NCBI GenBank assembly: GCA_963707025.1
Contig: CAVPOM010000003.1
Coordinates: 291,750 to 355,749, forward strand
Length of the DNA stretch: 64,000 nucleotides
Direction: 5' to 3'
From: an uncultured Verrucomicrobiae bacterium
Lineage (GTDB): Bacteria > Verrucomicrobiota > Verrucomicrobiia > Limisphaerales > Palsa-1400
Shown here: piece after piece, positions 20,496 through 30,374 of the stretch
Layout of the letters: the number at the start of each line of letters is the position of its first letter
Numbering within the stretch: position 1 is the stretch's first letter
Notes under the pieces: generated by a model
Told to the model about the DNA's origin: nothing
Seen by the model: the letters and a program-made list of their open reading frames with translations, nothing else
The model's database searches: none
Translations under genes and position numbers: made by a program

Positions 20496-21504
20496 TAGAG
20501 CGTTTCCATAAATGATATAGCTTGACTGGGGCGAGAGGGCTGGCAGGCTTGAGCCATGCGAGCGATACCCGTGTCTGCGCGCGAGCGCATCCTGCAACTC
20601 TATGAACAAGGCAAAAGCACCCGCGAGATCGCGGACTTTTTCGGCTTTTGCGTGGCGGCGGTGCGCCGGGTCCGGCAGCAGTTCCAAGAGCGCGGCACGC
20701 TCCAGCCGCAAACCCATTTGTGCGGGCGCAAAACGCTGCTGAACGCCGGACGCCAGGCTCGCCTGCAAAAGCTGGTGGCGGCCCAGCCCGACGCGACGTT
20801 GGCCGAGTTGGGGGCGCGTCTGGACCGCCCTTTCGGGACCTCCACTGTGGATTTGTGGCTGCGCAAACTGGGGTTGAGCTATAAAAAAAACGCTCTGCGC
20901 CGCCGAGCAGAACCGTCCGGAACGTGGCCGAAAAGCGGGCCCATTGGCATGAGCGTCTGGCAAGTGACCCACCTGCCCGACTGGTCTTCGTGGATGAAAG
21001 CGGGGCCAACACCAAGATGACCCGTTTTTGCGGGCGGTCACCCGTGGGCCGAAGACTGGCGGCCCACGTCCCGCAGGGACATTATCAGACCACCACCCTG
21101 GTCTGCGCCATTCGTCTGGCCGGGCCTGCGGCCCCCTGCCTCTTTGAGGGGGCCATGGACGGGGAAATGTTTTTGGCCTGGATCCAGCAGGGGCTGGTGG
21201 TGGAGTTGCGCAAGGGTGACTTGGTCATCATGGACAACTTGGCCACGCATAAGGTGACCGGAGTCCGCCAAGCCATCGAAGAGGCCGGGGCAACGCTGCT
21301 GTATCTGCCGCCCTATTCGCCAGACTTTAATCCCATCGAAAATATGTGGAGCAAGGTCAAACAAATTATGCGAGGTCTCGCGCCGCGAACCGCCAAGGAA
21401 CTGCTCCAAGCGGCGAAGATTGCCTTTGAAGCCATCTCCACCGCCGATTGCCGGGGCTTCTTTTTAAACGCCCGCTACGCTACATGATTTATGGAAATGC
21501 TCTA
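20496..21504 (+). mobile_element. IS630-family insertion sequence with TA target duplication
   Basis: IRs TAGAGCGTTTCCATAAAT / ATTTATGGAAATGCTCTA; split transposase. Confidence 0.95.
20556..21487 (+). CDS. IS630 transposase, split reading frame (A8 run at 20883-20890; apparent extra base near 20920)
   Basis: HTH N-terminus, then VFVDESG, IMDNLATH, LPPYSPDFNPIENMWSKVK. Confidence 0.93.
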
Positions 21505-21574
21505 AGATTAGGATTAAGATTAGGATTGAGAGGAGCGCCCTGACCGCCCACTGCAAACCACATGGCTCATCCTC

Positions 21575-22192
21575 TCATTTTCCAGCGATCCGCCTGGAGA
21601 CATACCGGCTTCCTTCCAGCGAATAACGCAGCGGCCAATCCGCCGCTTTGCTGATGCCGACCCGGCGGGTGACGACGACCGGCTGGCGTGACCGGCGGAA
21701 CCCCCTCACCTTCGGATGGCGGGCCAGCAGCAACGCCGACCCGGCGTCGCACAAATCCGCGCCGTCCAGTTCCCGCTGGATTCCCAGGGCCGCGCAAAGT
21801 TTTCCCGGACCGTTGGTCAACTGAAGGTCAGCCTGGCCCGGCCGGTTGCCGCGCAGAATCTCCAGGCCGAATTGCGCTTCCACCGCCCGGATCAGCACCG
21901 CCTCCGCCTTTCCGGCCCCGCGGCAAACCGCGTTCACGCAAAAATGGTTCCCATAGATAAAATAAACATAGGCCCGCCCCGGCGGCCCGTACATCGTGCG
22001 GTTTCGCGCGGTTTCGCCCGCGAACCCGTGGGAGGCTGGATCATCCTGCAAATAGGCTTCCGTTTCCACGATGGGCCCCCCGCAGAATCCCGCCGCCGTC
22101 CGGCGGATCAGCCAATGGCCGAGCAACCGCCGGGCGACCACCGCCGCCGAGGGCGCGAAAAAAGAGCGGGGCAGCGGAGAGAATTTCGTCAT
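21575..22192 (-). CDS. mpg: DNA-3-methyladenine glycosylase (MPG/AAG)
   Basis: IVETEAY, GRAYVYFIYGNH, AVLIRA, NGPGKLC, RVGI. Confidence 0.93.
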   Translation of the reverse strand: MTKFSPLPRSFFAPSAAVVARRLLGHWLIRRTAAGFCGGPIVETEAYLQDDPASHGFAGETARNRTMYGPPGRAYVYFIYGNHFCVNAVCRGAGKAEAVLIRAVEAQFGLEILRGNRPGQADLQLTNGPGKLCAALGIQRELDGADLCDAGSALLLARHPKVRGFRRSRQPVVVTRRVGISKAADWPLRYSLEGSRYVSRRIAGK

Positions 22193-23106
22193 CCAACGGC
22201 ACCAGGCGCGGCGGGCAAGCTGAATTCGTCGGCGTGGTAGGAACTGCGCACCATCGGACCGCTGGCGACATGGAGGAAACCGAGCTGTTCGGCCACGGTC
22301 TTGTAGTGCGCGAAGCGGGCCGGGGAGATGAAGGCCACCACCGGCAAATGTCGCAGGGTCGGTTGCAGGTACTGGCCCAGCGTCAGCAGGTCGCAACGGG
22401 CGCGGCGCAGATCGGCCAGGGCGGTGAAAAGTTCCTCCTCCGTTTCCCCCAGCCCCAGCATCAAACCGGACTTGGTCACGATGGCCTCTCCGCGCCGGGC
22501 CTTGACTTTGCCCAGGACGCTGAGGGAACGATCATAAGTGGCACGGTGGCGCACGGCGGGGGTGAGACGCCGGACGGTTTCCAGGTTGTGATTGTAAATG
22601 TCGGGACGGGCGGCGAGGACGGAATCAATGGAGGCGTCGTTGTCAAGAAAATCGGGGACCAAGACTTCGATGACGGTTCCGGGGTTGAGTTGGCGGACTT
22701 TTTCGATGGTCCGGCCGAAGTGGCCGGCGCCGCCATCGGGCAGATCGTCGCGGGCCACGGCGGTGACCACGACGTGTTTGAGCCCCAAGCGGCGGGTGGC
22801 TTCGGCGACGCGGGCCGGTTCGTCGGTTTCCAGGGGAAGCGGTTTGGCGGTGCTGACGGCGCAAAAGCCGCAGGCGCGGGTGCAATGATCGCCGGCGATC
22901 ATGAAAGTGGCGGTGCTCCTGCTCCAGCATTCCCAATGGTTGGGGCATTTGGCGCTCTGGCAAACGGTGTGGAGCTTGAGTTCTTCCAGGAGCGCGCGGG
23001 TCTGGCTGAAGCCCTGGTGGACGGGCAGTTGGAAGCGCAGCCATTCCGGCAGGCGCGGGCGGGATGGCGGCGTTGTCTCAGTCGTGTTCACGTTGCTCTG
23101 GCTCAA
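22189..23106 (-). CDS. lipA: Lipoyl synthase
   Basis: TVCQSAKCPNHWEC, CTRACGFC, NHNLETV, VRSSY; start uncertain. Confidence 0.96.
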   Translation of the reverse strand: MSQSNVNTTETTPPSRPRLPEWLRFQLPVHQGFSQTRALLEELKLHTVCQSAKCPNHWECWSRSTATFMIAGDHCTRACGFCAVSTAKPLPLETDEPARVAEATRRLGLKHVVVTAVARDDLPDGGAGHFGRTIEKVRQLNPGTVIEVLVPDFLDNDASIDSVLAARPDIYNHNLETVRRLTPAVRHRATYDRSLSVLGKVKARRGEAIVTKSGLMLGLGETEEELFTALADLRRARCDLLTLGQYLQPTLRHLPVVAFISPARFAHYKTVAEQLGFLHVASGPMVRSSYHADEFSLPAAPGAVG

Positions 23107-23345
23107 ATTGCTTCCAGAATAGTGCCAGTTGTCCGGGGTCGAAGTCAGCCAAAATCTGGCCGTCCGCCTCGATGACCGGGGCGAGTGTCTGTCCGGATAA
23201 TGCCCGCATTTCCTGGCGTGCGGCGCGGCTGGAACGTCACGTCAATCAGATCGTAACGGATGCCTTTTGCGTCCAGCCAGGCCTGCGCCTCGCGGCACCA
23301 AGCGCACCAGGGTTTGACAAACAGACGAACATGTTCCGGTTTCAT
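23078..23345 (-). CDS. Glutaredoxin-like protein, one frameshift near 23233
   Basis: KPWCAWC; after the shift SGQTLAPVIEADGQILADF. Confidence 0.8.
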
Positions 23346-23493
23346 CTTGCACATTCAGTTTAAACTTTAAGCCGTCTTATTCGAGTTTTAAACTTCTGTT
23401 GTGAAGCGTTTTGAAAGCGAGGGCCGATTTTCGGCCGAGCTGCGAGACGAATCCCAAGTTGCCTTATGCCGGGAACGGCGGTATTGTTTTAGT

Positions 23494-23685
23494 ATGATTA
23501 CAACTGGTCCCTTTGATCTGCCTCCGGACGAAAGGCTGGAATTGGCCCGTCGTTTGGTTGAAAGCGTGGTGGCGCCCGAACCTTTGAATGAGGCGGTTCT
23601 TGAGGGCATCCGGCGGATCGAGGATATTGCCACGGGTCGTACGCAAGGATTGACAGAAGAGCAATACCGCGCGGCCTTGAAATGA
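23494..23685 (+). CDS. Addiction-module antitoxin
   Basis: LPPDERLELARRLVESV...RRIEDIATG; ATGA overlap with a ParE-like gene. Confidence 0.8.
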   Translation: MITTGPFDLPPDERLELARRLVESVVAPEPLNEAVLEGIRRIEDIATGRTQGLTEEQYRAALK

Positions 23686-24006
23686 CCGTGTTTTTTCATC
23701 CCGAGTTTCCGGGTGATATTCGGAAATTTGAAGTCAGCTATTTGCCAGTTTCCAAAGGTCTCGCGGCGCGGTTCCGCAAGGAAGTTGACGATGCGGTCGA
23801 GGCAATCCAAACATCTCCGCGCAGCGCCGGCCACCTGCTGGCGCCACGGATCATCTGCGGCCGGCGAACTGCGACAAAGAAATGTGCGGTCCTTTCCATT
23901 CTTCGTCCTTTACGGCATAGTGGGCGACCGGTTGATTTTCGGCTCGATCATCCCGAGCCGTTCCGATCCCTTGACTTGGCTGACCCGTTTTTCTGGAAAA
24001 AATTGA
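23682..24006 (+). CDS. RelE/ParE-family toxin, frameshift near 23840
   Basis: FHPEF...GLAARFRKEVDDAVEAI..SP, then RNVRSFPFFVLY in another frame. Confidence 0.8.
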
Positions 24007-24076
24007 CTTTCGCCTGGCAGCATTTCGCCCGCTTGCTTCCAAGCGGCCACTAAAGCCAATAAGCACTTCAACGCTC

Positions 24077-25015
24077 TTATTCGGTGGGGAGCCAGAGGCG
24101 GCCGAAGAATTTTTCCCAGTTGGCCTGGCCGAGGAAGACCCCGGCGCCGATCAGGATCATGGCGGGCCAGAAGGTGCCGGTCAGTTGTTCGCCGAGGCAG
24201 AAATAGGCCCAGGCGGTGGAACTGAGCGGAACCAAATTGTTGAACAAATAGACCCGGCTGGTCGGCCAATGGCGCAAGGCGCTGTTCCAAATGGCAAAGG
24301 CCACCACGCCGCCGCCCAGCACGCAAACCAGTTGGGCCAAAATCAGGCTGCTGCGGACCGGGACGGCCTGGTGGGTGAACAACTCCCCGGCGGCAAAGGG
24401 GGCGAGGATGAGGCCGGCCCGCCAGAAGGTGTGGGCGCTGACCTCCGCCCCGTTGAGGTCGCGGCCCAAGGCGTGGCATTGATGGCCAAAATTGGTCCAG
24501 AGAACGCTGCAAGAAAAGCCCAGGAGTTCGCCCGTCAGGCTGCCCCGGCCGGTGCGCAGAGCGGGCCAAAGCAGAACGAGCACGCCGCAGAAGGCGAGGG
24601 CGGAAGCGCCGTAACGCTGGGCGGATTTCCAGCTTTTTTCGGGCCATCCTTCCCAGAGCAAGGCCCAAACGGGCGAGGCCCCGAGGTAAAGCACGACATG
24701 CGACAGGGCGGTGAGTTTCAAGGCCCAATTAAACACCACTATGTAAGCGGCCAGGCTCAGCCCGCCGCGCCACCACAAACGGCGGTTTAAATCCGGCGGC
24801 ACGGCATGGATTTCGCCGAACCATTTTGTCCAGCGGAGCAGCGCCACCAGAATCAGCCCCGCTGCCAGGAACCTCGTGCTCCCCGTAAAATTGGCCGGCC
24901 AACTTTTGAGGATGAATTTGGCGGCCGCGTTGTTTGCGCCCCAAATGAAAATGGCCAGGAACAGTTCGGCGGCGATGATGGTGTTGTTCGGCTTATTTTG
25001 CACGTTCGACAACAA
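24077..25015 (-). CDS. EamA/DMT family transporter
   Basis: FIWGAN; about ten TM segments in two repeats. Confidence 0.88.
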   Translation of the reverse strand: MLSNVQNKPNNTIIAAELFLAIFIWGANNAAAKFILKSWPANFTGSTRFLAAGLILVALLRWTKWFGEIHAVPPDLNRRLWWRGGLSLAAYIVVFNWALKLTALSHVVLYLGASPVWALLWEGWPEKSWKSAQRYGASALAFCGVLVLLWPALRTGRGSLTGELLGFSCSVLWTNFGHQCHALGRDLNGAEVSAHTFWRAGLILAPFAAGELFTHQAVPVRSSLILAQLVCVLGGGVVAFAIWNSALRHWPTSRVYLFNNLVPLSSTAWAYFCLGEQLTGTFWPAMILIGAGVFLGQANWEKFFGRLWLPTE

Positions 25016-25039
25016 TCCTTTTGCACCGCCGTCGCGGGC

Positions 25040-26749
25040 TTACGAAAGGAGCAGTTCCAGGATTTTTGCCACGGCATCATCGGCTTTGACCAGGGTCAAC
25101 TGCCCGCCGCGCCGCTTCAGTTCGACTTCGCCCTTGGCCAGGGATTTTTCGCCAATGGCCAGACGAATCGGGAACCCAACCAGTTCGGAATCCTTGAACT
25201 TGGAGCCGGGACGCTCGTCGCGGTCGTCCAGGATGACCTCCACGCCCTTGGCGGTGAGTTCGGCGTAGATTCTTTCTGCGACTTGCATGACGGCGCTGGC
25301 GGGAGCGACGGTCAAGGGGGTGAGACAAACGGTGTAGGGGGCGATGGCCACGGGCCAGAGGATGCCGTCCTTGTCGTGGGATTGTTCGATGACGGCTTGC
25401 ATGGTCCGGGCAATGCCGATGCCGTAGGAACCCATGATGGCGGGTTGTTGTTTGCCGGATTCGTCGAGGAACAGAGCGTTGAGGGCCTTGCTGTATTTGG
25501 TGCCAAGTTTGAAGAGGTGGCCGACTTCGATGGCGCGGCGGATGGCCAGGGGGTGGCCGCAATGGGGACAGGCTTCGCCGGCTTGGACGAGACGCAGATC
25601 GCTCCACCCGTTGACCTGGATGTCGCGGGCCATGTCAACCTGCCGCAGATGAAATCCATCTTCGTTGGCCCCGGTGGTCATGCCGGTCGCGCCTTGCAAG
25701 GATTCATCGGCGTGAACGGGCAGGTCTTTTACGCCGACGGCGCCGAGGCTGCCGGGATGGGCGTGGAGGACCGCAAAAATTTCTGCCGGCTCGGCGGGGC
25801 GGAAGTTGGTGGTCACCAAGGCGGCGGTGAGTTTGGCCTCATTGAGTTGATGATCGCCGCGCAGGAGGATGAGAACGGGTTTGTCGGCGACGATATAAAC
25901 CAGGGTTTTGATCTGGCGCTCCGGCCGGACATGGAAGGGAGCGGCGGCCAGGGCATCAATTGTAACCACGCCGGGGGTGGCAAATTTTTCGGGAGCGGGC
26001 GAAGGGACGGCGGCGGGCTGGACTTGGGCCACGCGGCTGGCGGCTTTTTCGATGCTGGCGGAGCGGTGGCAGGCTTCACAGGAAACGATTTCGTTCTCGC
26101 CCGTTTCGGCCGGGACCATGAATTCATGGGAGAATTTTCCGCCCATGACGCCGGTGTCGGCCTCGACCGGGATGGCGCGCAAGCCGCAGCGCTGAAAAAT
26201 GCGGGTGTAGGCGTCAAACATTTTTTGGTAGGCGGCGGCGCAGGCCTCGTCGGTGGCGTCGAAGGTATAGGCGTCCTTCATGATGAATTCGCGGGTGCGC
26301 ATGAGGCCGAAGCGGGGGCGGATTTCGTCGCGGAATTTGGTTTGGATTTGATAGAAATTCTTGGGCAACTGGCGGTAGGAACTCAGTTCGCCGGCCATCA
26401 TGGTGGCGGTGGCTTCCTCGTGGGTGGGGCCGAGGACCCATTCTCTTTTGGCGCGGTCATAGGCCTTGAAGAGGACGCCTTTGGCGGTTTCGTAGCGGCC
26501 GCTTTGCTGCCAGATTTCAGGCGGTTGCAGGGCGGGCATGAGAATCTCCAGGGCGCCGGCGCGGTCCATTTCCTCGCGCACGATTTGCTCGACCTTTTTC
26601 AGGGCGCGCAAGCCGAGCGGCAGAAAGGTGTAGAGGCCGCCGGCCAGCTTGCGGATGAGGCCGGCGCGGAGCAGGAGTTGGTGCGAGGGGATTTCGGCTT
26701 CGGCCGGGGTTTCCTTGAGGGTGGGGATGAAGGTTTGGGTCCAGCGCAT
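25040..26749 (-). CDS. proS: Proline--tRNA ligase
   Basis: LGPTHEE, QTKFRDEIRPRFGLMR, EVGHLFKLGTKYS, MGSYGIG; INS editing domain. Confidence 0.98.
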   Translation of the reverse strand: MRWTQTFIPTLKETPAEAEIPSHQLLLRAGLIRKLAGGLYTFLPLGLRALKKVEQIVREEMDRAGALEILMPALQPPEIWQQSGRYETAKGVLFKAYDRAKREWVLGPTHEEATATMMAGELSSYRQLPKNFYQIQTKFRDEIRPRFGLMRTREFIMKDAYTFDATDEACAAAYQKMFDAYTRIFQRCGLRAIPVEADTGVMGGKFSHEFMVPAETGENEIVSCEACHRSASIEKAASRVAQVQPAAVPSPAPEKFATPGVVTIDALAAAPFHVRPERQIKTLVYIVADKPVLILLRGDHQLNEAKLTAALVTTNFRPAEPAEIFAVLHAHPGSLGAVGVKDLPVHADESLQGATGMTTGANEDGFHLRQVDMARDIQVNGWSDLRLVQAGEACPHCGHPLAIRRAIEVGHLFKLGTKYSKALNALFLDESGKQQPAIMGSYGIGIARTMQAVIEQSHDKDGILWPVAIAPYTVCLTPLTVAPASAVMQVAERIYAELTAKGVEVILDDRDERPGSKFKDSELVGFPIRLAIGEKSLAKGEVELKRRGGQLTLVKADDAVAKILELLLS

Positions 26750-26765
26750 AAAAACGGGCCGAATC

Positions 26766-27521
26766 TCATTTTACCGAGTTGACCAGGGGCGACAGGCCCT
26801 GGATGCGCACTTCCAGACGGTCGCCGGATTGGATCGGGCCCACGCCGCTGGGAGTGCCGGTCAGGATGATGTCGCCCGGCAGCAGGGTCATGTTGGTGGA
26901 GACAAAACTGACCAGGTGGTGACAATCGAAGATGAGCTGGCTGGTGTTGGAGTTCTGGCGGAGCTGGCCGTTCTGGAACAATTGAATGGTCAGATCACGC
27001 GGGTCCGCCTTGGTTTCGACAAAGGGCCCGAGCGGGGTGAAGGTGTCGAAGGACTTGGCCCGGGCCCATTGGCTCTCGGCGTTTTGGATGGTGCGGTCGC
27101 TGATGTCCTGGGCGGCGGTGAAACCCAGGATGTAACGCGACGCGCCGGCGGGGGTGACGTTGCGGACGCGGCGGCCCATGACAATGGCCAGCTCGGCTTC
27201 GTAATCGGTGCGATGCTGGGGAAAGGGGATTTCAATCTTGCCGCCGTCCGGCAGAAGGGAGGTGGCGGCTTTGAACCAGAAGAGCGGTTCCTTGGGCAGC
27301 GCCTTGCCCTGCTCGCGGGCGTGGTCGGCATAATTGAGGCCGATGGCGATGATCTTGGAAGGGGCCACCGGCGTGAGCATTTTGAGGCCCTTGGACGGCA
27401 TTGGTCTCTTGTCGAAAGAGGGAGAGCCAAAAACGTCGCCGCGCAGGCGAAATAATTCGCCTTCAACCACCTTGGCGTAAAAGATCTCGTTGCCTTTCTG
27501 AAACCTGCCGATCGCTGCCAT
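26766..27521 (-). CDS. Fumarylacetoacetate hydrolase family protein
   Basis: KIIAIGLNY, DYEAEL, AKSFDTF, PGDIILTGTPSGVG. Confidence 0.93.
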   Translation of the reverse strand: MAAIGRFQKGNEIFYAKVVEGELFRLRGDVFGSPSFDKRPMPSKGLKMLTPVAPSKIIAIGLNYADHAREQGKALPKEPLFWFKAATSLLPDGGKIEIPFPQHRTDYEAELAIVMGRRVRNVTPAGASRYILGFTAAQDISDRTIQNAESQWARAKSFDTFTPLGPFVETKADPRDLTIQLFQNGQLRQNSNTSQLIFDCHHLVSFVSTNMTLLPGDIILTGTPSGVGPIQSGDRLEVRIQGLSPLVNSVK

Positions 27522-27574
27522 ACGTGCCCTTACTAATAACAAATTCAACTCTCCTCGCAAGGAAAATGGGCCGG

Positions 27575-28234
27575 TCAGGATGAGGCCGCCTGGCCGGTGT
27601 CCTCGGCGGCGGGGGCGAGGGACGGTTCCGCCGGCCCGGTTTCCGCCTCCGGCTCCTCCTTCTCCTCCTCTTGCGCCGGGGCCTCCTCCATGGCTTCCGA
27701 CAATTTCATGGCGCCCACAAAAAGTCCGGTAAAAATGCCGCCGCTCAAGAAGGTGCCTCGGAAAAACTCCCAGGTGGAGGGGTAGCCGGGTTGCCCGGTG
27801 GTGAGGGCTCTGATCCATTCAGCCAAAGTTTTTCCATACCACGGGCCCAGCCATGCGCCCGTGTTGGAAATCAGATAAAATAGGATGGCCCCCAAAATGC
27901 CGCCGCTCCACAACGTGGCAAAAGAACGCTTCTTCGCCCCAAGGGCGCATCCCAGCCAGATCAAGACCGCGTAAGCGACATAATTGCCGGCCTGGTCCCG
28001 CGCGAAGGTGAGCAAAGTGCAATCCTTTGGATGGTAATAGCAAAAGGTCAGGAGCAGGTCGGTCGCCACGACTACCGCCAAGGGAACAGTCCAGGCCAGA
28101 CGCCGCGGCAGGCACAAGCCGGCGCAAAAACAGAGGGCGTAGGTCGCGCTGAAATTTTGCGGCATGGCTCCAGGCCAGCGGCTCAAGGCGAAAATTAAAA
28201 TCAGCGCCACCGGCCAGAGGATTTTACTTTTCAC
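27575..28234 (-). CDS. Putative membrane transport protein (DUF6580-like)
   Basis: SRWP..PQNFS, FYLISNTGAW; multiple TM segments. Confidence 0.7.
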   Translation of the reverse strand: MKSKILWPVALILIFALSRWPGAMPQNFSATYALCFCAGLCLPRRLAWTVPLAVVVATDLLLTFCYYHPKDCTLLTFARDQAGNYVAYAVLIWLGCALGAKKRSFATLWSGGILGAILFYLISNTGAWLGPWYGKTLAEWIRALTTGQPGYPSTWEFFRGTFLSGGIFTGLFVGAMKLSEAMEEAPAQEEEKEEPEAETGPAEPSLAPAAEDTGQAASS

Positions 28235-28307
28235 GCGGCCATCATAGCGCCAGCGCCGGAAGTGGCAAGCCGAATGGGAATTGAGAGCGCGTTTCGGTTT
28301 CTTGGAT

Positions 28308-28394
28308 ATTCTTAATCTTAATCATAATCTTAATCTCCTTTGCGCATCGGTAATCGTGGAAATCAGGATGACGATTGGGATTAAGATTAAGATT
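28308..28394. repeat. (TAATCY)n...(RGATTA)n hexamer hairpin element
   Basis: cttaatcttaatcataatcttaatc ... gattgggattaagattaagatt. Confidence 0.8.
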
Positions 28395-28881
28395 GGCCTT
28401 CCCGGGCGAGGAGTTGGCGCTTCCAATGGAGGCCGCCGGAAAACCCGCCCAAGCCGCCGCCGGAGGCCAGGACGCGATGACAGGGAATGAAGAGGGGGAT
28501 CGGGTTGGCGCCGCAAGCACTGCCCACCGCCCGCGCGGCTCCGGGCGCGCCGAGCGCGGCGGCCAATTGGCCGTAGGATTTGGTCTGGCCCGCGGGGATT
28601 TGACGCAAGGCCGCCCACACCTTTTTTTGGAAGGCCGTTCCGCCCGCCAGGTCCAAGGGCGGCAATGGGCCGGCCCGGCGGCCTTGCAAGACCCGCGCCA
28701 CGGCGCGGCAGGCGCGTTTGTGCCAGCGGCGCACGGAGGGGGAAACGGCGGGAGCTTTTGCTATTTTCTTCCGGCCGGGAAAATCCAGGCGGGCGAGGCC
28801 GGCGGCGGAATAATGGGCGGCAAAGGCGCCGAGCGGGGTTGGGATGGGGCAGGTGGCGAGGATGATGGGTTTGGGTTTCAT
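28387..28881 (-). CDS. ogt: Methylated-DNA--protein-cysteine methyltransferase
   Basis: FQKKVW, ARAVG, IPCHRV active site. Confidence 0.93.
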   Translation of the reverse strand: MKPKPIILATCPIPTPLGAFAAHYSAAGLARLDFPGRKKIAKAPAVSPSVRRWHKRACRAVARVLQGRRAGPLPPLDLAGGTAFQKKVWAALRQIPAGQTKSYGQLAAALGAPGAARAVGSACGANPIPLFIPCHRVLASGGGLGGFSGGLHWKRQLLAREGQS

Positions 28882-28891
28882 AAGAGTTTGG

Positions 28892-29410
28892 TCAGCGGCG
28901 GTGGCCGAACAGCCAGTAAAAAAAAAGTCCGAGGCAGGTGAGGACGACACAACCCGCCAGCGCGAAAAAGCGGTTGCGGGCCACGCGTTTCTCGTAGCGC
29001 AAAGGACGCAAGCCCTGGATGCTGCCCGCCGCCAGATAGTTGATCAGCTTGGGATTGGCCAGGGGACGGCCGGCCACCTGATTTCTCAGGCGTTGCCAGA
29101 CGGCCAAAAGATCAAATTTGCGCACGCCCAATTCGTTGAAATGCTGGGGGGTGGCGGCCGTTTCGGGCGGCTGGGTCAATGGGCTGACTTCCTCGAAAAT
29201 CGGCTCGCTGGCGGCGGGCGCGGCGGCGCGGGGGGACTTGCCCGGCGCCCCCGGCCCGGAGGGATAAACGGTGGAGCGCAAGCGCGGCCCCTGGCCGGCC
29301 TGGACCTGCTGGTGGAGCTTTTTGATTCTGACTTCCAGGGCGGCAATTTCGGCGTTCAACGCGCGGGCGCGGTCGGTGATGGGATCGGCTTTTTTTCGGA
29401 AAAGTCCCAT
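28892..29410 (-). CDS. Hypothetical protein with C-terminal TM
   Basis: 172-aa ORF; LRPLRYEKRVARNRF before the TM; operon context. Confidence 0.8.
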   Translation of the reverse strand: MGLFRKKADPITDRARALNAEIAALEVRIKKLHQQVQAGQGPRLRSTVYPSGPGAPGKSPRAAAPAASEPIFEEVSPLTQPPETAATPQHFNELGVRKFDLLAVWQRLRNQVAGRPLANPKLINYLAAGSIQGLRPLRYEKRVARNRFFALAGCVVLTCLGLFFYWLFGHRR

Positions 29411-29422
29411 GGGCGGGCCAGG

Positions 29423-30100
29423 CTATTTGCGCAGGAGCAAGACGGCCAGAATGGCCAGGCCGACCAGCACGAGCGGCAAGGTCAGCGCGAAACCGATCTT
29501 GCAAAGCTGGCCCAGGCCGGCGGTGGCGGCCAGGGCGGGGGCGCCGGTGGGGGCGGCGGATTCGGGCGGGACCGGCGGGATGCCGGAGAGGAGGGGGAAT
29601 TTCAAGCGGGCGGCGTTCCACTCCATGCGGGCGTTTTCCAGGGTGGTGAGGGCGCGGGTCAGTTCCACGGAGAAATTGTCCTGGCTCCACAGTTGTTCGT
29701 TGATGGTCTGCACCTTGGAAACCGCCTGGCGGAATTCACCGAGGGTGCGGGCCATTTGTTCGGTTTCGCGGCGCGCCGTCAGCTCGGCTTCCTCCAGCAG
29801 GCCGATGCCGCGGGTGAGATGCTGGAGCATTTCGGTGCGGCCGGTTTGGAATTCCATCTGGCGGCGGCGCAATTCCTCCAGGCCGGCCCGCTCGCGCTCC
29901 AATTCCTCCTGGGCCCGTTTCAGCTCGGCCAGCTTGAGGTGTTTCTGGCTGACCATCGCTTCGATTTCTTCGCCGGTGGGCGGGCGGTTGGACGGGCGGG
30001 GCGAACCGGCCGGCGATTCCGGCGCCGGCGCGGGGTAGGCGGCCTGGTGGGCGGATTGAAAATCGCTGTCAACAAATTCTGAGGCGTCGTGCGCTGGCAT
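29423..30100 (-). CDS. Hypothetical coiled-coil protein with C-terminal TM
   Basis: E/R/L-rich heptads and a hydrophobic tail. Confidence 0.8.
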   Translation of the reverse strand: MPAHDASEFVDSDFQSAHQAAYPAPAPESPAGSPRPSNRPPTGEEIEAMVSQKHLKLAELKRAQEELERERAGLEELRRRQMEFQTGRTEMLQHLTRGIGLLEEAELTARRETEQMARTLGEFRQAVSKVQTINEQLWSQDNFSVELTRALTTLENARMEWNAARLKFPLLSGIPPVPPESAAPTGAPALAATAGLGQLCKIGFALTLPLVLVGLAILAVLLLRK

Positions 30101-30241
30101 GAGCAGGAGCGTAACGCGGAAAACGCAAAATGCAAAATGCAAAATGCAGGATTATAAATGCCGGAGTTTTAGTTTTCGGCGCCGCGCGTGGTCGGAAGGG
30201 ACGCAGGAAGCCGCATCTCTTCAATAAGCCAGAAGGATTTC

Positions 30242-30358
30242 AACGCAAAGGCGCGAAGACGCCAAGGCGCAAAGCTGGAAATTGCAAATCGCAAATTGTC
30301 AATTGCAAATTGTCAATTGCGTCGCTTCTGCGCCTTCGCGCCTCTGCGTCTTTGCGTT
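30242..30358. repeat. REPIN-like palindrome enclosing 7-mer tandem repeats
   Basis: aacgcaaaggcgcgaagacgccaaggcgcaaag ... cttctgcgccttcgcgcctctgcgtctttgcgtt; inner aattgca/aatcgca/aattgtc units. Confidence 0.8.
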
Positions 30359-30374
30359 AAAACCGTACGGACCT

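Larger units (their letters stand above)
20436..21527. repeat. (TAATCY)n...(RGATTA)n hexamer hairpin element, split by IS630
   Basis: Left arm taatcctaatcttaatcttaatcctaatctt from 20436; right arm agattaggattaagattaggatt from 21505. Confidence 0.8.

Noticed and set aside
42..20496. Composite transposon bounded by the two IS630 copies
   Set aside because: Cargo includes core genes (ubiX, uppP, trmB), and the second copy's empty site reconstitutes cleanly, indicating independent insertion
23078..24006. Programmed frameshifting in glutaredoxin and parE (also ferritin, pilX-like and the response regulator)
   Set aside because: No obvious slippery motifs; scattered single-base indels fit sequencing error or recent mutation better
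28235..28390. Riboswitch upstream of the DUF6580-like transporter
   Set aside because: Interval is occupied by the hexamer hairpin; no cobalamin or other aptamer motif recognised
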